Source: an uncultured Solobacterium sp. (lineage in GTDB: Bacteria; Bacillota_I; Bacilli_A; Erysipelotrichales; Erysipelotrichaceae). Taken from it: a stretch of DNA of 64,000 nucleotides. Positions 29,166-39,543 of the stretch are shown piece after piece. The notes beneath the pieces were generated by a model. The model was given only the letters and a program-made list of their open reading frames with translations, did not search any database and was not told the DNA's origin. The stretch lies in contig CAURLC010000006.1 in NCBI GenBank assembly GCA_963525775.1, forward strand, positions 4,648 to 68,647, given 5' to 3'. The translations under genes and the position numbers were made by a program. Position 1 is the first letter of the stretch. Every line of letters starts with the position of its first letter.

Positions 29166-29333
29166 TAATATCATGAATGGCATCTTTTATACTTTTGTCA
29201 TGCAAAAGGAAGATGTACTTCTCACACAGTGAATTCATTATCCCGTGCATATGGGTTCGCTATGAACATGCCGTATGTTGATGGTGTTCGAAACTGTGGT
29301 GGAAAACAACGGAAAGGTAGGTAAATAGAAAAT

Positions 29334-30284
29334 ATGACTGTTGTTTCAATGAGGAAAATGTTAGAGAACGGCGTACACTTTGGTCACCAGACACGCAAGT
29401 GGAACCCAAAGATGAAGCAGTTCATCTACACAGCTAAGAACGGTGTATATATTATCGACTTAGCAAAGACACAGGCTAAATTAGAAGTGGCCTATGACGC
29501 TTTAAAGAAGATTGCTGAAGATGGCGGAAAGATCTTATTCGTAGGAACTAAGAAGCAAGCTCAGGCAACAATTCTTGAAGAAGCATTAAGAAGTGGAAGC
29601 TTCTACATCAACCAGAGATGGTTAGGTGGAACAATGACTAACTTCCGTACAATCCAAAAGTCAATCAAGAAGTTATTAGAGATTGAAGAAATGGAAGCAA
29701 ACGGACAGTTAGCAGTTTACACAAAGAAGGAACAAGCAGTTCTCTTACAGAAGAAGGAAAGACTTGAAAACTTCCTTGGCGGTATCAAGGGAATGAAGAA
29801 GTTGCCAGATGCAATCTTCGTTGTAGACCCATTAGAAGAGCACAACGCAGTAGCTGAAGCACGTAAGTTAAACATCCCTGTATTCGCTTTAATCGATACA
29901 AATGCTGATCCAGATTTAGTAGACTTCCCAATTCCTTCAAATGACGATGCAGTACGTTCTATCAAGTTAATGGTAGGTGTAATTGCTGACGCTATCTTAG
30001 AAGCTAAGGGTGGTGTATTAGAAGTTGCTCACCAAGAAGATGAGACAGCTGAAGACATCACAATGAAGGATGTAATCATCAACGTTGAACAGCAGGCTGC
30101 TGAATATGAACGTAAGAGAAGACAGAAGTTCGAAGAACGTCGTGCTCAGATGGCTCAACGTCGTGGTAACTACAATGGCGAACGTCGTGTATTCCGTAGA
30201 GATGCAAATGGTAACCGTCAGACAACACGTCCAGCTGCTGAAGCAGAAGCTACAACAGCACCAGCTACTGAGGAGGCTAAGTAA
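29334..30284 (+). CDS. rpsB: 30S ribosomal protein S2 with a roughly 80-aa charged C-terminal extension
   Basis: [15 protein letters not shown] core, then an R/E/Q/A-rich tail. Confidence 0.96.
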   Translation: MTVVSMRKMLENGVHFGHQTRKWNPKMKQFIYTAKNGVYIIDLAKTQAKLEVAYDALKKIAEDGGKILFVGTKKQAQATILEEALRSGSFYINQRWLGGTMTNFRTIQKSIKKLLEIEEMEANGQLAVYTKKEQAVLLQKKERLENFLGGIKGMKKLPDAIFVVDPLEEHNAVAEARKLNIPVFALIDTNADPDLVDFPIPSNDDAVRSIKLMVGVIADAILEAKGGVLEVAHQEDETAEDITMKDVIINVEQQAAEYERKRRQKFEERRAQMAQRRGNYNGERRVFRRDANGNRQTTRPAAEAEATTAPATEEAK

Positions 30285-30286
30285 AA

Positions 30287-31174
30287 ATGGCAATCACAGC
30301 TGCTCAAGTAAAAGAATTGCGTGAATTAACAGGCGCAGGAATGATGGACTGTAAGAAGGCTCTTACAGAATGTGAAGGCGATACAAAGAAGGCTATCGAC
30401 TGGCTTCGTGAAAAGGGTATTGCTAAGGCTGCTAAGAAGGAAGGCAGAATCGCTGCTGAAGGCTTAGCTAAGATCTTAATCGAAGGTAACAAGGCTGTTG
30501 TATTAGAAGTTAACTCTGAAACAGACTTCGTTGCTAAGAATGATCGTTTCTTAGCTTTATTAGATGAAGCTGCTAAGACAATCTTCAATTCTAACGTTAA
30601 GACGGTTGAAGAAGCATTAGCTCTTCCTACAGCAGAAGGCACATTGAATGATTCATTCATTGGTGCAGTTGCTATTATCGGTGAAAAGATTACATTAAGA
30701 AGATTCGAAATCGTTGAAAAGAGCGATGATGAATTATTCGGTTCTTATACACACCAAGGTGGACGTATCGTTGCTGTTACAGTTGTTAAGGGTACTACAG
30801 ATGCTCAAGTTGCTAAGAATATGGCAATGCAGGTTGCTTCTATGAATCCAACATATGTATCACGTAATGAGATGCCACAGGATGTAATAGCTCATGAACG
30901 TGAAGTTCAAGAAGGAATCATGGCAAATGATCCAAGCCTTGCAAATAAGCCTGAAAAGGTTAAGGCTGGAATCATTGAAGGTCGTGTATCTAAGTCATTA
31001 CAGGATATGTGCTTAGTTGACCAGGAATACTTCTTAGACTCAAGCCTCAAGTGCGGTCAGTACTTAAAGGAAAACAACGCTGAAGTTGTTAAGTTCGTTA
31101 AGTACATCGTAGGTGAAGGTATTGAAAAGAAGCAGGACGACTTCGCTGCTGAAGTAGCAGCAATGGCTAAGTAA
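30287..31174 (+). CDS. tsf: Elongation factor Ts
   Basis: ITAAQVKELRELTGAGMMDCKKAL. Confidence 0.97.
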   Translation: MAITAAQVKELRELTGAGMMDCKKALTECEGDTKKAIDWLREKGIAKAAKKEGRIAAEGLAKILIEGNKAVVLEVNSETDFVAKNDRFLALLDEAAKTIFNSNVKTVEEALALPTAEGTLNDSFIGAVAIIGEKITLRRFEIVEKSDDELFGSYTHQGGRIVAVTVVKGTTDAQVAKNMAMQVASMNPTYVSRNEMPQDVIAHEREVQEGIMANDPSLANKPEKVKAGIIEGRVSKSLQDMCLVDQEYFLDSSLKCGQYLKENNAEVVKFVKYIVGEGIEKKQDDFAAEVAAMAK

Positions 31175-31188
31175 GAATTGCTCAATTC

Positions 31189-31220
31189 GAGAGAACAACA
31201 AGTGTTGTTCTCTCTTTTTT
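31189..31220 (+). terminator. Rho-independent terminator after tsf
   Basis: GAGAGAACAAC / GTTGTTCTCTC stem followed by TTTTTT. Confidence 0.85.
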
Positions 31221-31610
31221 GGTAATTATTCATTATTGTATTTAGCAACAGTTCATATTGCTTTAAGAAATTTAATGCGATAAAATTTGATTATATTCCA
31301 TGATGACTTTATGGGCATAGAAAAATGGAATTATAGGTAAGAACAGTAGTTTTAAACATAACAATCTCGTATTATTTGTTACAAGTATGACTCTATTATA
31401 AGAAAATCTTAAGATTTGAGTATTATAGTGTACAGGATAAATAATACAAAGTAGAATATTATGGATAAATTATTGTGGTACTGCTATTAGCTTTGTTTCT
31501 TCAACTGAATTACAGGTATTTATTAAATGGTTTCTTTGTAAATATCAATTTCTGAAGAGAAATTAAGAATGCCCACACTCATTTATGAAAACAAGGGGAG
31601 GATATATCGA

Positions 31611-33446
31611 ATGAATATGAAAAAACTTCAAAAGATATTTGTAATCTTGTGTGCTTTTATAATGTTATTGAGTGTTAACTATTCTGTTAATGCGATAGAT
31701 ACGACTACATCGGCACCAACAACATCTACAGTGACTACAGTTAGTAATACACCAGAACCAACTTCAACTCCAGCACCAACACCAACTTCAACTCCTACTG
31801 CAACGATTGATCCAAATGAAAAAATTGAAATTGTTTTTAGAAGTCTTTGGACTGGTAATGATAAACCAAGTGCCCGAATTCATTTATTTGAAAATGACAA
31901 GGAGTTAGATATTAAAACAATTGATCCAAATCATCAACGAGATGAGATTATTTTAGATCCTCAGAATGGTTGGCAATATACACAAACGAATTTACCAAGA
32001 TATGATCAAGATGGAAAAGAAATTAAATATTCAGCGAAGCAAGAAATTATTGGTGAAGATAACTATGCACGGAATGGTTTAAAGTTTAAGACAATAACAA
32101 CATTTTCTAGTGAAAAAAGACAATTTACTTTTAAAAATATCTCACTTATTAATATTAAAGTTGGAAAGACATGGAATAAAATTCCTAGTATTGTGATTCC
32201 TGGTACACCGAGCCCGGCAAATCCACCTACAATGACAGCTTTTAATTTTTCTGAATCTGAATACACAGCTACGTATGATGAAGAAGAATTAAATGAACTC
32301 GTTGCTGAATCAGATGCTTTAGATGCGGATGATTCAGTATCACCTGAATATACAACAGCACTAAATGATGATAATAGCTTGTTAGAAGAAGAACAGCCAC
32401 AAGCCTCTACAACACAACAATCATCAGTTGCAGTGCCAGATTCCATTACTGTAAATCTATTGGCTGATGGTGTGGTTGTAGGCACAATTCAAGTGACAAA
32501 AGAACAGGGTTGGGAGAATGAGTTTGTAAGCTACCCAAGATATGATGAAAACGATGACCATGAAATTAACTATACAATTGAAGAAGTGCCGGTGAATGGT
32601 TATAAAACAGATTATATTCATACAAGAGTAATTGATATGATTGTTAACCGATCAGTCATCGACATTCCAGTTAAAAAGAAGTGGGTCGGCAAGATTCAAT
32701 CACCTGTTCAAGTTACCTTACATCGTAAATATACAACTTCATATTATGATTATGAAATTGATAGAAATGTTACACAACTCCATGATGAAGAGGTAGAAAC
32801 GGTTGAATTAAATGAAGAAAATAACTGGAAATATACCTTTAAAGAACAATATGAGTTCTATGTGGCTGAGGGAGAAGATTCTTCAAAATATGAATATTAT
32901 GTAACGGAAGATAGCGTTGCAAACTATGCTACAGATATTACTGGTAATCAAGATGAAGGCTTCACGATTACAAATACAAATACTACGGATTTAATCGATA
33001 TTCCTGTTGAAAAGAAATGGGATGGTGATATTGCAAATAGTACAAAAGTTACCCTATTTGCAAATGGTGAAGAAGTAGAAACAGTTGAATTAAATGAAGC
33101 AAACAGTTGGAAACACGTATTTACAGGTTTACAGAAATACAACAATGATGGTTCAGAAGTTGCATATACTGTAAAAGAAGTAGGTGAAACTGCTAGCGTA
33201 ATTGAGTTAGATGGTAAGAAGTTCGATGTAGAATATACAGGAAATGCTACAGATGGCTTTACAATTACAAATAAAAAGCCAAGCGATCCACCAACTCCTA
33301 CACCTACACCTACGCCAACACCAACTCCAACTCCAACACCAAAGACAAGTGATAATAGTCATGTGATATCATATGCACTACTAACATTATTATCTGCGTT
33401 CTTCGTTGTGATTGTTGCTTCAAAGCGTATTAAATATTCAAATTAG
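31611..33446 (+). CDS. Secreted surface protein with four Cna-B-type repeats, T/P-rich linkers and a C-terminal TM anchor
   Basis: Signal peptide ending VNA. Repeated (V/P)xKKW(D/V)G ... GFTITN(T/K) units, (PT)n, TPKTSD, a hydrophobic helix and KRIKYSN. SD GGGGAGG before ATG 31611. Confidence 0.8.
   Translation: MNMKKLQKIFVILCAFIMLLSVNYSVNAIDTTTSAPTTSTVTTVSNTPEPTSTPAPTPTSTPTATIDPNEKIEIVFRSLWTGNDKPSARIHLFENDKELDIKTIDPNHQRDEIILDPQNGWQYTQTNLPRYDQDGKEIKYSAKQEIIGEDNYARNGLKFKTITTFSSEKRQFTFKNISLINIKVGKTWNKIPSIVIPGTPSPANPPTMTAFNFSESEYTATYDEEELNELVAESDALDADDSVSPEYTTALNDDNSLLEEEQPQASTTQQSSVAVPDSITVNLLADGVVVGTIQVTKEQGWENEFVSYPRYDENDDHEINYTIEEVPVNGYKTDYIHTRVIDMIVNRSVIDIPVKKKWVGKIQSPVQVTLHRKYTTSYYDYEIDRNVTQLHDEEVETVELNEENNWKYTFKEQYEFYVAEGEDSSKYEYYVTEDSVANYATDITGNQDEGFTITNTNTTDLIDIPVEKKWDGDIANSTKVTLFANGEEVETVELNEANSWKHVFTGLQKYNNDGSEVAYTVKEVGETASVIELDGKKFDVEYTGNATDGFTITNKKPSDPPTPTPTPTPTPTPTPTPKTSDNSHVISYALLTLLSAFFVVIVASKRIKYSN
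33291..33341 (+). repeat. Coding (Pro-Thr)n tandem repeat
   Basis: CCA/CCT-ACN codon pairs repeated about 8 times. Confidence 0.9.
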
Positions 33447-33453
33447 TAAAATG

Positions 33454-33487
33454 AAAACTCTTTACGAATAGGTAAAGAGTTTTTTAT
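33454..33487. terminator. Bidirectional terminator
   Basis: AAAACTCTTTAC-gaatag-GTAAAGAGTTTT between convergent genes. Confidence 0.8.
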
Positions 33488-33489
33488 TA

Positions 33490-34368
33490 CTAAATTAACT
33501 TTTTCTCTTCTAATCGAATCTGAAGAAAGCCTTCACGGATACCAGTTTTGGAGATAAGAATACGTTTTGCATGATAGATTCTGGCAATCTCTAAAATCAT
33601 ATGTAATCCAGGAAGAAATACTGGTTGACGACTAGGGTCTACATTTGCTTTCATAACTTCTTCATAAGCAGAATCATGCATGCATAGCTTATCGAATATT
33701 TCTTGTAGTTTTATAACTTCGATTGTTAATTCTTCATGGAAGAGGGCTTGATACACTTTTCCTGCTGCACGCATAGTTCCACCAATACCAATTAACTCCT
33801 CACAAGCGATATTAAGTGAAGGGTATTCTTTGCGTGCAGAAAGAATTTCTTTTGCGCATTCTGGTGTATCGATTGGTAGATGCCGTAAACGTACACATCC
33901 AAGTGGGAAGCTCATCGCATCGATTGGTTGTCCATCCTCAAATGAAATCAGTTCGGTTGAGCCGCCACCTACATCAAAAGCTATTCCATCTGTAAGATTT
34001 GGATATGAATACTTTGTACCTAAGAAATCGTAGAGTGCTTCTTCATTTCCACTAAGTGGATAGATATCCCATCCTGTTGTCTGAAGAGATACTACGAGTT
34101 CTTCTTTGTTTTGGATGCGGCATGGTTCTGTAATATCCGCAAAGCGGTATTGCACATGCATTTCATCTAGCTTATCTGCATAGGATTGTAATATTTCGGT
34201 TGCTTTTAGAATACCTTCTTTTGACATGATTCGATTTCCATCAACATAGTCAATGAGATGTGCTGGAGTAGAAATATGTAGGATAGGTGTAGGGTAATAA
34301 TCGACCATCTCATAAACTAATAAGACGATGGTATTAGAGCCGATATCGGCAATTGCGTACTGTGTCAT
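33490..34368 (-). CDS. Ppx/GppA-family phosphatase (N-terminal ASKHA domains only)
   Basis: AIADIGSNTIVLLVYE and DVGGGSTE motifs. Confidence 0.8.
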   Translation of the reverse strand: MTQYAIADIGSNTIVLLVYEMVDYYPTPILHISTPAHLIDYVDGNRIMSKEGILKATEILQSYADKLDEMHVQYRFADITEPCRIQNKEELVVSLQTTGWDIYPLSGNEEALYDFLGTKYSYPNLTDGIAFDVGGGSTELISFEDGQPIDAMSFPLGCVRLRHLPIDTPECAKEILSARKEYPSLNIACEELIGIGGTMRAAGKVYQALFHEELTIEVIKLQEIFDKLCMHDSAYEEVMKANVDPSRQPVFLPGLHMILEIARIYHAKRILISKTGIREGFLQIRLEEKKLI

Positions 34369-34470
34369 AGAATAACCTCGCTGTTCTCATTTAAACATAT
34401 ATAAAAAGGAATGAAAACTCTTTCTAGCAATGCTATAATACTATAGAAATACATATGGAGGAAAAACATC

Positions 34471-35184
34471 ATGTATAAACGAGTTCTGTTGAAACTAAGC
34501 GGAGAAGCTTTAGCAGGAAATGAAAAGAACTTTGATCCAAGCATTTTACAAAATCTTGCTTTGGAAATCAAAGAAGCACAGAAATTAGGAATTCAAATTG
34601 CTATCGTTGTTGGTGGAGGTAACTTCATCCGCGGTAAAGTAGTTGAAGGATTAGGAATTGATCGTGTACAAGGCGACAATATGGGCATGTTAGCAACCGT
34701 TATTAATGCTCTTGCAATACAATCATCTCTTGAAGGTATTGGTGTTGATACAAGAGTGATGACAAGTATCGAAATGTCTAAGGTTGCTGAACCATTTATT
34801 CAGCGTAGAGCGATTCGCCACTTGGAAAAGGGAAGAGTTGTTATTTTCGGTGGAGGAACTGGTAGTCCATACTTCTCAACTGATACAACCGCTGCTTTAA
34901 GAGCGAGTGAAATTAAAGCAGAAGTTATCTTAATGGCGAAGAATAGTGTAGATGGCGTATATAGTGCAGATCCTAAGAAGGATCCAAATGCGAAGAAGTA
35001 TACACATCTAACATATATGGACCTATTAAATAAAGGATTACAAGTCATGGATTCCACTGCCACAAGTATGTGTATGGATAATGACATGGAACTCATGGTA
35101 TTTAACATGAATGAGAAAGACAATATCGTCAAAGCAATGAAGGGCGAAAAGATTGGAACAATCATTAATAAGGAGGAGAAGTAA
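34471..35184 (+). CDS. pyrH: UMP kinase
   Basis: [13 protein letters not shown]. Confidence 0.96.
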   Translation: MYKRVLLKLSGEALAGNEKNFDPSILQNLALEIKEAQKLGIQIAIVVGGGNFIRGKVVEGLGIDRVQGDNMGMLATVINALAIQSSLEGIGVDTRVMTSIEMSKVAEPFIQRRAIRHLEKGRVVIFGGGTGSPYFSTDTTAALRASEIKAEVILMAKNSVDGVYSADPKKDPNAKKYTHLTYMDLLNKGLQVMDSTATSMCMDNDMELMVFNMNEKDNIVKAMKGEKIGTIINKEEK

Positions 35185-35186
35185 TA

Positions 35187-35735
35187 ATGGCATACGCAAT
35201 CGTTGATTCCAGCGCAGTAAAGATGGACAAAGTTATCGAACATCTTCAATCAGAATTAAATACAGTACGTACAGGAGCAGCTAACGTTAAAATGTTAGAC
35301 CGTGTTGAAGTGGACTACTATGGTTCCCCAACACCACTCAACCAGATTGCAGCTTTATCCGTTTCTGAAGGTCGTACACTTGTTATCAAACCTTATGACC
35401 CAAGTAGTTTAAAGGCTATTGAACATGCATGTAATGAAGCAGACTTAGGTATTGCGCCTTCTAACGATGGAACAGTTATACGTTTAACAGTTCCACAGTT
35501 AACAGGTGATACTCGTAAGGAAATGACAAAGAAGGTTGATAAGATGGGTGAAGAATGCAAGATTCAAATCCGTAATATCCGCCGTGACGCAATGTCTGTT
35601 GTAAAGAAGGATAAGACAATGGACGAAGATACTCAGAAGGATTGCGAAAACGAGATTCAGAAGCTTACTGATAAGTATGTTAAGAAGATCGATGATTTAG
35701 CAGCTGCTAAGAGTGCTGAAGTGTTAAAAGTTTAA
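35187..35735 (+). CDS. frr: Ribosome recycling factor
   Basis: Canonical RRF sequence; position after pyrH. Confidence 0.96.
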   Translation: MAYAIVDSSAVKMDKVIEHLQSELNTVRTGAANVKMLDRVEVDYYGSPTPLNQIAALSVSEGRTLVIKPYDPSSLKAIEHACNEADLGIAPSNDGTVIRLTVPQLTGDTRKEMTKKVDKMGEECKIQIRNIRRDAMSVVKKDKTMDEDTQKDCENEIQKLTDKYVKKIDDLAAAKSAEVLKV

Positions 35736-35756
35736 TCGCAAAGTTTATCCTTTATG

Positions 35757-35785
35757 ATCAGTCTGTGTACAGGCTGATTTTTTTG
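35757..35785 (+). terminator. Rho-independent terminator after frr
   Basis: ATCAGTCTG-tgta-CAGGCTGAT followed by TTTTTT. Confidence 0.8.
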
Positions 35786-35825
35786 TAGTAAAAAGGTATA
35801 ATAAGATAGTTAGTGGAGAATTGAT

Positions 35826-36530
35826 ATGAATACATGTAAACACTTAGCAATTATCATGGATGGCAATGGTAGATGGGCCAAGGCGCAGGGAAAACCTCGT
35901 ACCGCTGGACATCTTGTTGGAAGTGATAATGTTCGTACCATCGCAATTGCGGCAGATGAGATGGGAATTGAATATCTTACACTCTATGCTTTCTCAACTG
36001 AGAACTGGAAGCGAACAGCTGATGAAGTAAACTACATTATGAAATTACCAGCATTCTTCTTTAAGAAGTATATGCAGGAGTTCTTAGACAGAGGCTTCCG
36101 TATGCGTATTATTGGAGAATTGGATATGTTACCAAAGGCAACACAAAAAGTATTACGCGATGCGGAGGAAGAATCAAAAGATAATCATGGCTTATCGCTT
36201 AATATCTGTATGAATTATGGTTCTAGACGAGAAATCTTACTTGCGGCTAGAAAGTATGCCCAAGATGTTGTGGATGGAAAGGCAACACTGAATATCGAAG
36301 AGGAAGATTTTGATCAATATATGATGACCAAAGATTTCCCACCAGTCGATCTTTTAATTCGCACGAGTGGCGAACAGCGTATTTCAAACTATTTATTGTG
36401 GCAGATTGCGTATGCGGAGTTAGAGTTTGTGCCAGAGTCATGGCCAGAGTTTACACCAGATGTATTAAAGCGTTGTTTAGAGGAATATCAAAATCGTGAT
36501 CGACGATTTGGAGGAGTTAAGAATGTCTAA
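35826..36530 (+). CDS. uppS: Undecaprenyl diphosphate synthase
   Basis: HLAIIMDGNGRWA. Confidence 0.96.
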   Translation: MNTCKHLAIIMDGNGRWAKAQGKPRTAGHLVGSDNVRTIAIAADEMGIEYLTLYAFSTENWKRTADEVNYIMKLPAFFFKKYMQEFLDRGFRMRIIGELDMLPKATQKVLRDAEEESKDNHGLSLNICMNYGSRREILLAARKYAQDVVDGKATLNIEEEDFDQYMMTKDFPPVDLLIRTSGEQRISNYLLWQIAYAELEFVPESWPEFTPDVLKRCLEEYQNRDRRFGGVKNV

Positions 36531-37311
36531 AATGAAATTAAAAACAATCGTTGCGTTTGTGATTATTCTTGTTGTAGCACCACCGCTCTATTTTGGTGGA
36601 AATTTGTTACAAGCGCTATTGGTTCTTGTTAGTGCGTTAGGTTCGCTTGAGATTGCGTCTTTAACAGATCAAAAGAAACATTGGTTTTTATCTTTCATGA
36701 CATTAGCTGCCGTAATGGCAATGTACTATATCAACCGTTCAATGTTTCCAGCAATCCTTGCAATTTGGGTGATTGTGTTATTTGTCACAGAGTTATTACG
36801 CAAAAATGAAAGCAGCGATTTAACAGCATATACATTATTGATGTCTATCTTATTAGGCTTAGGTTTACGTTGTATTTCAGTTATTTATCAAGATGGTGCC
36901 AAAACAGGATTCTTAACAATTATCTTTGTGTTAATTGGTTGTTTTTTCTGTGATACGGGTGCTTATCTTTCTGGTTCGTTATTTGGAAAGCATAAGTTAA
37001 TTCCGCATGTATCACCAAATAAGACAGTGGAAGGAGCGATTGGTGGATACCTTATTGGTGCGATTGGTGCCTTGTTATGGGGATTACTAGTCACTACGTA
37101 TCTTCCAAAAGAACTTGTGATTTCTGCTAGTTTGATTATTCCTGCAGTTGCACAGATTGGTGACTTAAGTTTCTCATCAATTAAACGTAGATTTGGTATT
37201 AAAGATTTTTCAAATATTTTGCCAGGACATGGTGGTATCTTTGATCGTATTGACTCACTTATTTTCTGTCTGATGGCTTTTAATGGTTTGATGATCTTAT
37301 GGGGTATCTAA
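36523..37311 (+). CDS. cdsA: Phosphatidate cytidylyltransferase
   Basis: SPNKTVEGAIGG; SD GGAGGAG before ATG 36523. Confidence 0.93.
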   Translation: MSKMKLKTIVAFVIILVVAPPLYFGGNLLQALLVLVSALGSLEIASLTDQKKHWFLSFMTLAAVMAMYYINRSMFPAILAIWVIVLFVTELLRKNESSDLTAYTLLMSILLGLGLRCISVIYQDGAKTGFLTIIFVLIGCFFCDTGAYLSGSLFGKHKLIPHVSPNKTVEGAIGGYLIGAIGALLWGLLVTTYLPKELVISASLIIPAVAQIGDLSFSSIKRRFGIKDFSNILPGHGGIFDRIDSLIFCLMAFNGLMILWGI

Positions 37312-37312
37312 A

Positions 37313-38470
37313 ATGAAGCGTTTGATGTTATTGGGGGCCAGTGGTTCTATTGGTACCCAAACAATTGATGTTGTCTTACAACATCCAGATGAGTTTTCAA
37401 TCGTTGGGTTAAGTGTTGGTCATCGCATTGATATCTTAAAAGAAATTCTAAAGAAAATTCATGTATCACACGTATGCGTATGTGAAGAAAAAGATATGAA
37501 GGAGTTAGCTTCTCAATATCCAGATATTCATTTCTACTATGGAGATGATGGCTTGATTACACTTGCAAAGATGAAAGAATATGATCTTTTAGTAAATGCA
37601 CTTGTCGGATTTGTCGGTTTTTTACCAACGCTACATGCGATTCAAGCAGGCCATCATATCGCACTTGCCAATAAGGAAACACTTGTTGTTGGTGGAGAAT
37701 TAATCGAAAAGGCAATTAAGGAGTATGGTGTATCATTATATCCAATTGATAGTGAACACTCTGCCATCTTCCAAGCCTTACAGGGAAATGATCATAAAGA
37801 AGTAAAACGACTTCTGATTACTGCTTCAGGTGGTTCTTTCCGTAATAAGACAAGAGAAGAGTTAAAGGATGTTACGGTAGAACAAGCACTTGCACATCCT
37901 AACTGGGCAATGGGTGCTAAAATTACAATCGATAGTGCAGATATGATGAATAAGGGATTTGAAGTCATTGAAGCACATTACTTATTTGATATTGATTATG
38001 ATCATATTGATGTGGTGATGCATCCAGAGTCAGTCATTCATTCCATGGTAGAATATGTAGACCACAGTGTGATGGCACAACTTGGTGCACCTGATATGCG
38101 TTTGCCAATTCAGTATGCATTAACTTGGCCACATCGCTATCCTCTTGATTTAGAAAAGCCATTAGATTTAACAGAGGTTGCGTGCTTACATTTCGCAAAG
38201 CCAGATTTAGAAAGGTTCCCATTACTAGCACTAGCGTATGAAGCTGGTAAAAAGGGAGGAAATCTTCCGGCTGTCATGAATGCCGCAAATGAAGTCGCAA
38301 ATGCTGCATTTAGAAAGAAACAAATTCCATTTTTAGCAATTGAAGACATCGTTATAAATGCAGTGCATACTGTAACCTATCAACCGGTCAATACAGTACA
38401 AGATTTAATTGATGCGGATCGTTGGGGAAGAGACTTCGCATATCAACAAATACAAGGAGTAAACCAATGA
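37313..38470 (+). CDS. dxr: 1-deoxy-D-xylulose 5-phosphate reductoisomerase
   Basis: LLGASGSIGTQT and NKE/DSEHSA motifs. Confidence 0.96.
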   Translation: MKRLMLLGASGSIGTQTIDVVLQHPDEFSIVGLSVGHRIDILKEILKKIHVSHVCVCEEKDMKELASQYPDIHFYYGDDGLITLAKMKEYDLLVNALVGFVGFLPTLHAIQAGHHIALANKETLVVGGELIEKAIKEYGVSLYPIDSEHSAIFQALQGNDHKEVKRLLITASGGSFRNKTREELKDVTVEQALAHPNWAMGAKITIDSADMMNKGFEVIEAHYLFDIDYDHIDVVMHPESVIHSMVEYVDHSVMAQLGAPDMRLPIQYALTWPHRYPLDLEKPLDLTEVACLHFAKPDLERFPLLALAYEAGKKGGNLPAVMNAANEVANAAFRKKQIPFLAIEDIVINAVHTVTYQPVNTVQDLIDADRWGRDFAYQQIQGVNQ

Positions 38471-39528
38471 CAGCAGTTTTATTTATCGTATTACTTTCCA
38501 TTATTGTAACGATTCATGAATTCGGACATTTCTTAGTTGCCAAAGCATTTGGTGTCTATTGTTTTGAATTTTCAATCGGTATGGGACCAGCTATCTTTAC
38601 ACGGAAAGGAAAAGAGACACAATTCTCTATCCGTGCACTACCTATCGGTGGGTATGTCGCAATGGCAGGTGAAACCGAGGGAGATGAAGCCTATCCGAAT
38701 GTAAAGGTTCCTGAAGGAAGAAGAATTACAGATCAAAAACCATGGAAGAAGATTTGTATCATGCTTGCAGGTGTCGCAATGAATTTCTTGCTTGCATGGG
38801 TGATCTTCTCTATGTTTTTGTTAAACACTGGTACATTTACAAAATCAAGTGAACCAGTGATTGCGAGAGTCTTAGAAAATAGCCCAGCTGAACAAGCAGG
38901 TTTGCAGGCTGGGGACCGTATTATTAAAGTTGTTAAAGAAGATGGCTCATCCGTTGAACCAAAGACATTCCTAGAATTCCAAGCGTTCAACGGTGATAAT
39001 AAGGGTACAGAAACTTTCACCATCTTGCGTGATGGAAAAACATTTACAGTTGAGGTTACACCAACCTACAACAAAGAGACAGATAGCTATATGTTTGGTA
39101 TCAGTGCGAAAGCAGGAGAGCAGGTAAAGATTAATATCTTGAACTGTTGGTATTATGGTTTGGTAGAGATGCAGGTCATTACATCGATGACGATTCAAGC
39201 ATTACTAAATCTTATACGAGGTAAGGGATTGAATCAATTGTCTGGTCCGGTTGGAATCTATCAAGCAACAGCGACCTACGCAAGTCTTGGCTTTGGTGCC
39301 TATATGATGTTGGTAGCTCAAATCAGTTTGAATGTCGGTATTTTCAACCTATTACCACTTCCGGTATTAGATGGTGGACAGGTTGTGATTACAGTACTTG
39401 AATGGATTACAAGACGTCAGTTTAATGAAAAATTAAAGACAGCTATCATGATTATTTGTTGGCTACTGTTAATCAGTGTTATGATATTTGCGACATGGAA
39501 CGATATTTCCAAATTATTTATAAAGTAG
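38467..39528 (+). CDS. rseP: RIP zinc metalloprotease RseP/RasP
   Basis: HEFGHF, a PDZ region and the NLLPLPVLDGG motif; ATGA overlap with the dxr stop. Confidence 0.93.
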   Translation: MTAVLFIVLLSIIVTIHEFGHFLVAKAFGVYCFEFSIGMGPAIFTRKGKETQFSIRALPIGGYVAMAGETEGDEAYPNVKVPEGRRITDQKPWKKICIMLAGVAMNFLLAWVIFSMFLLNTGTFTKSSEPVIARVLENSPAEQAGLQAGDRIIKVVKEDGSSVEPKTFLEFQAFNGDNKGTETFTILRDGKTFTVEVTPTYNKETDSYMFGISAKAGEQVKINILNCWYYGLVEMQVITSMTIQALLNLIRGKGLNQLSGPVGIYQATATYASLGFGAYMMLVAQISLNVGIFNLLPLPVLDGGQVVITVLEWITRRQFNEKLKTAIMIICWLLLISVMIFATWNDISKLFIK

Positions 39529-39543
39529 AGGAGATTAAATAAA

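Noticed and set aside
29109-29232. Small ORFs flanking the ABC exporter that could be bacteriocin or peptide precursors: MLFMIEKLHKTLYFYRVLC at 29109-29168, MNGIFYTFVMQKEDVLLTQ at 29173-29232, and MKIFSNIK at 27341-27367.
   Set aside because: None has a properly spaced SD. The first is simply the terminator hairpin read as codons. There is no double-glycine leader and no Cys/Ser/Thr-rich core.
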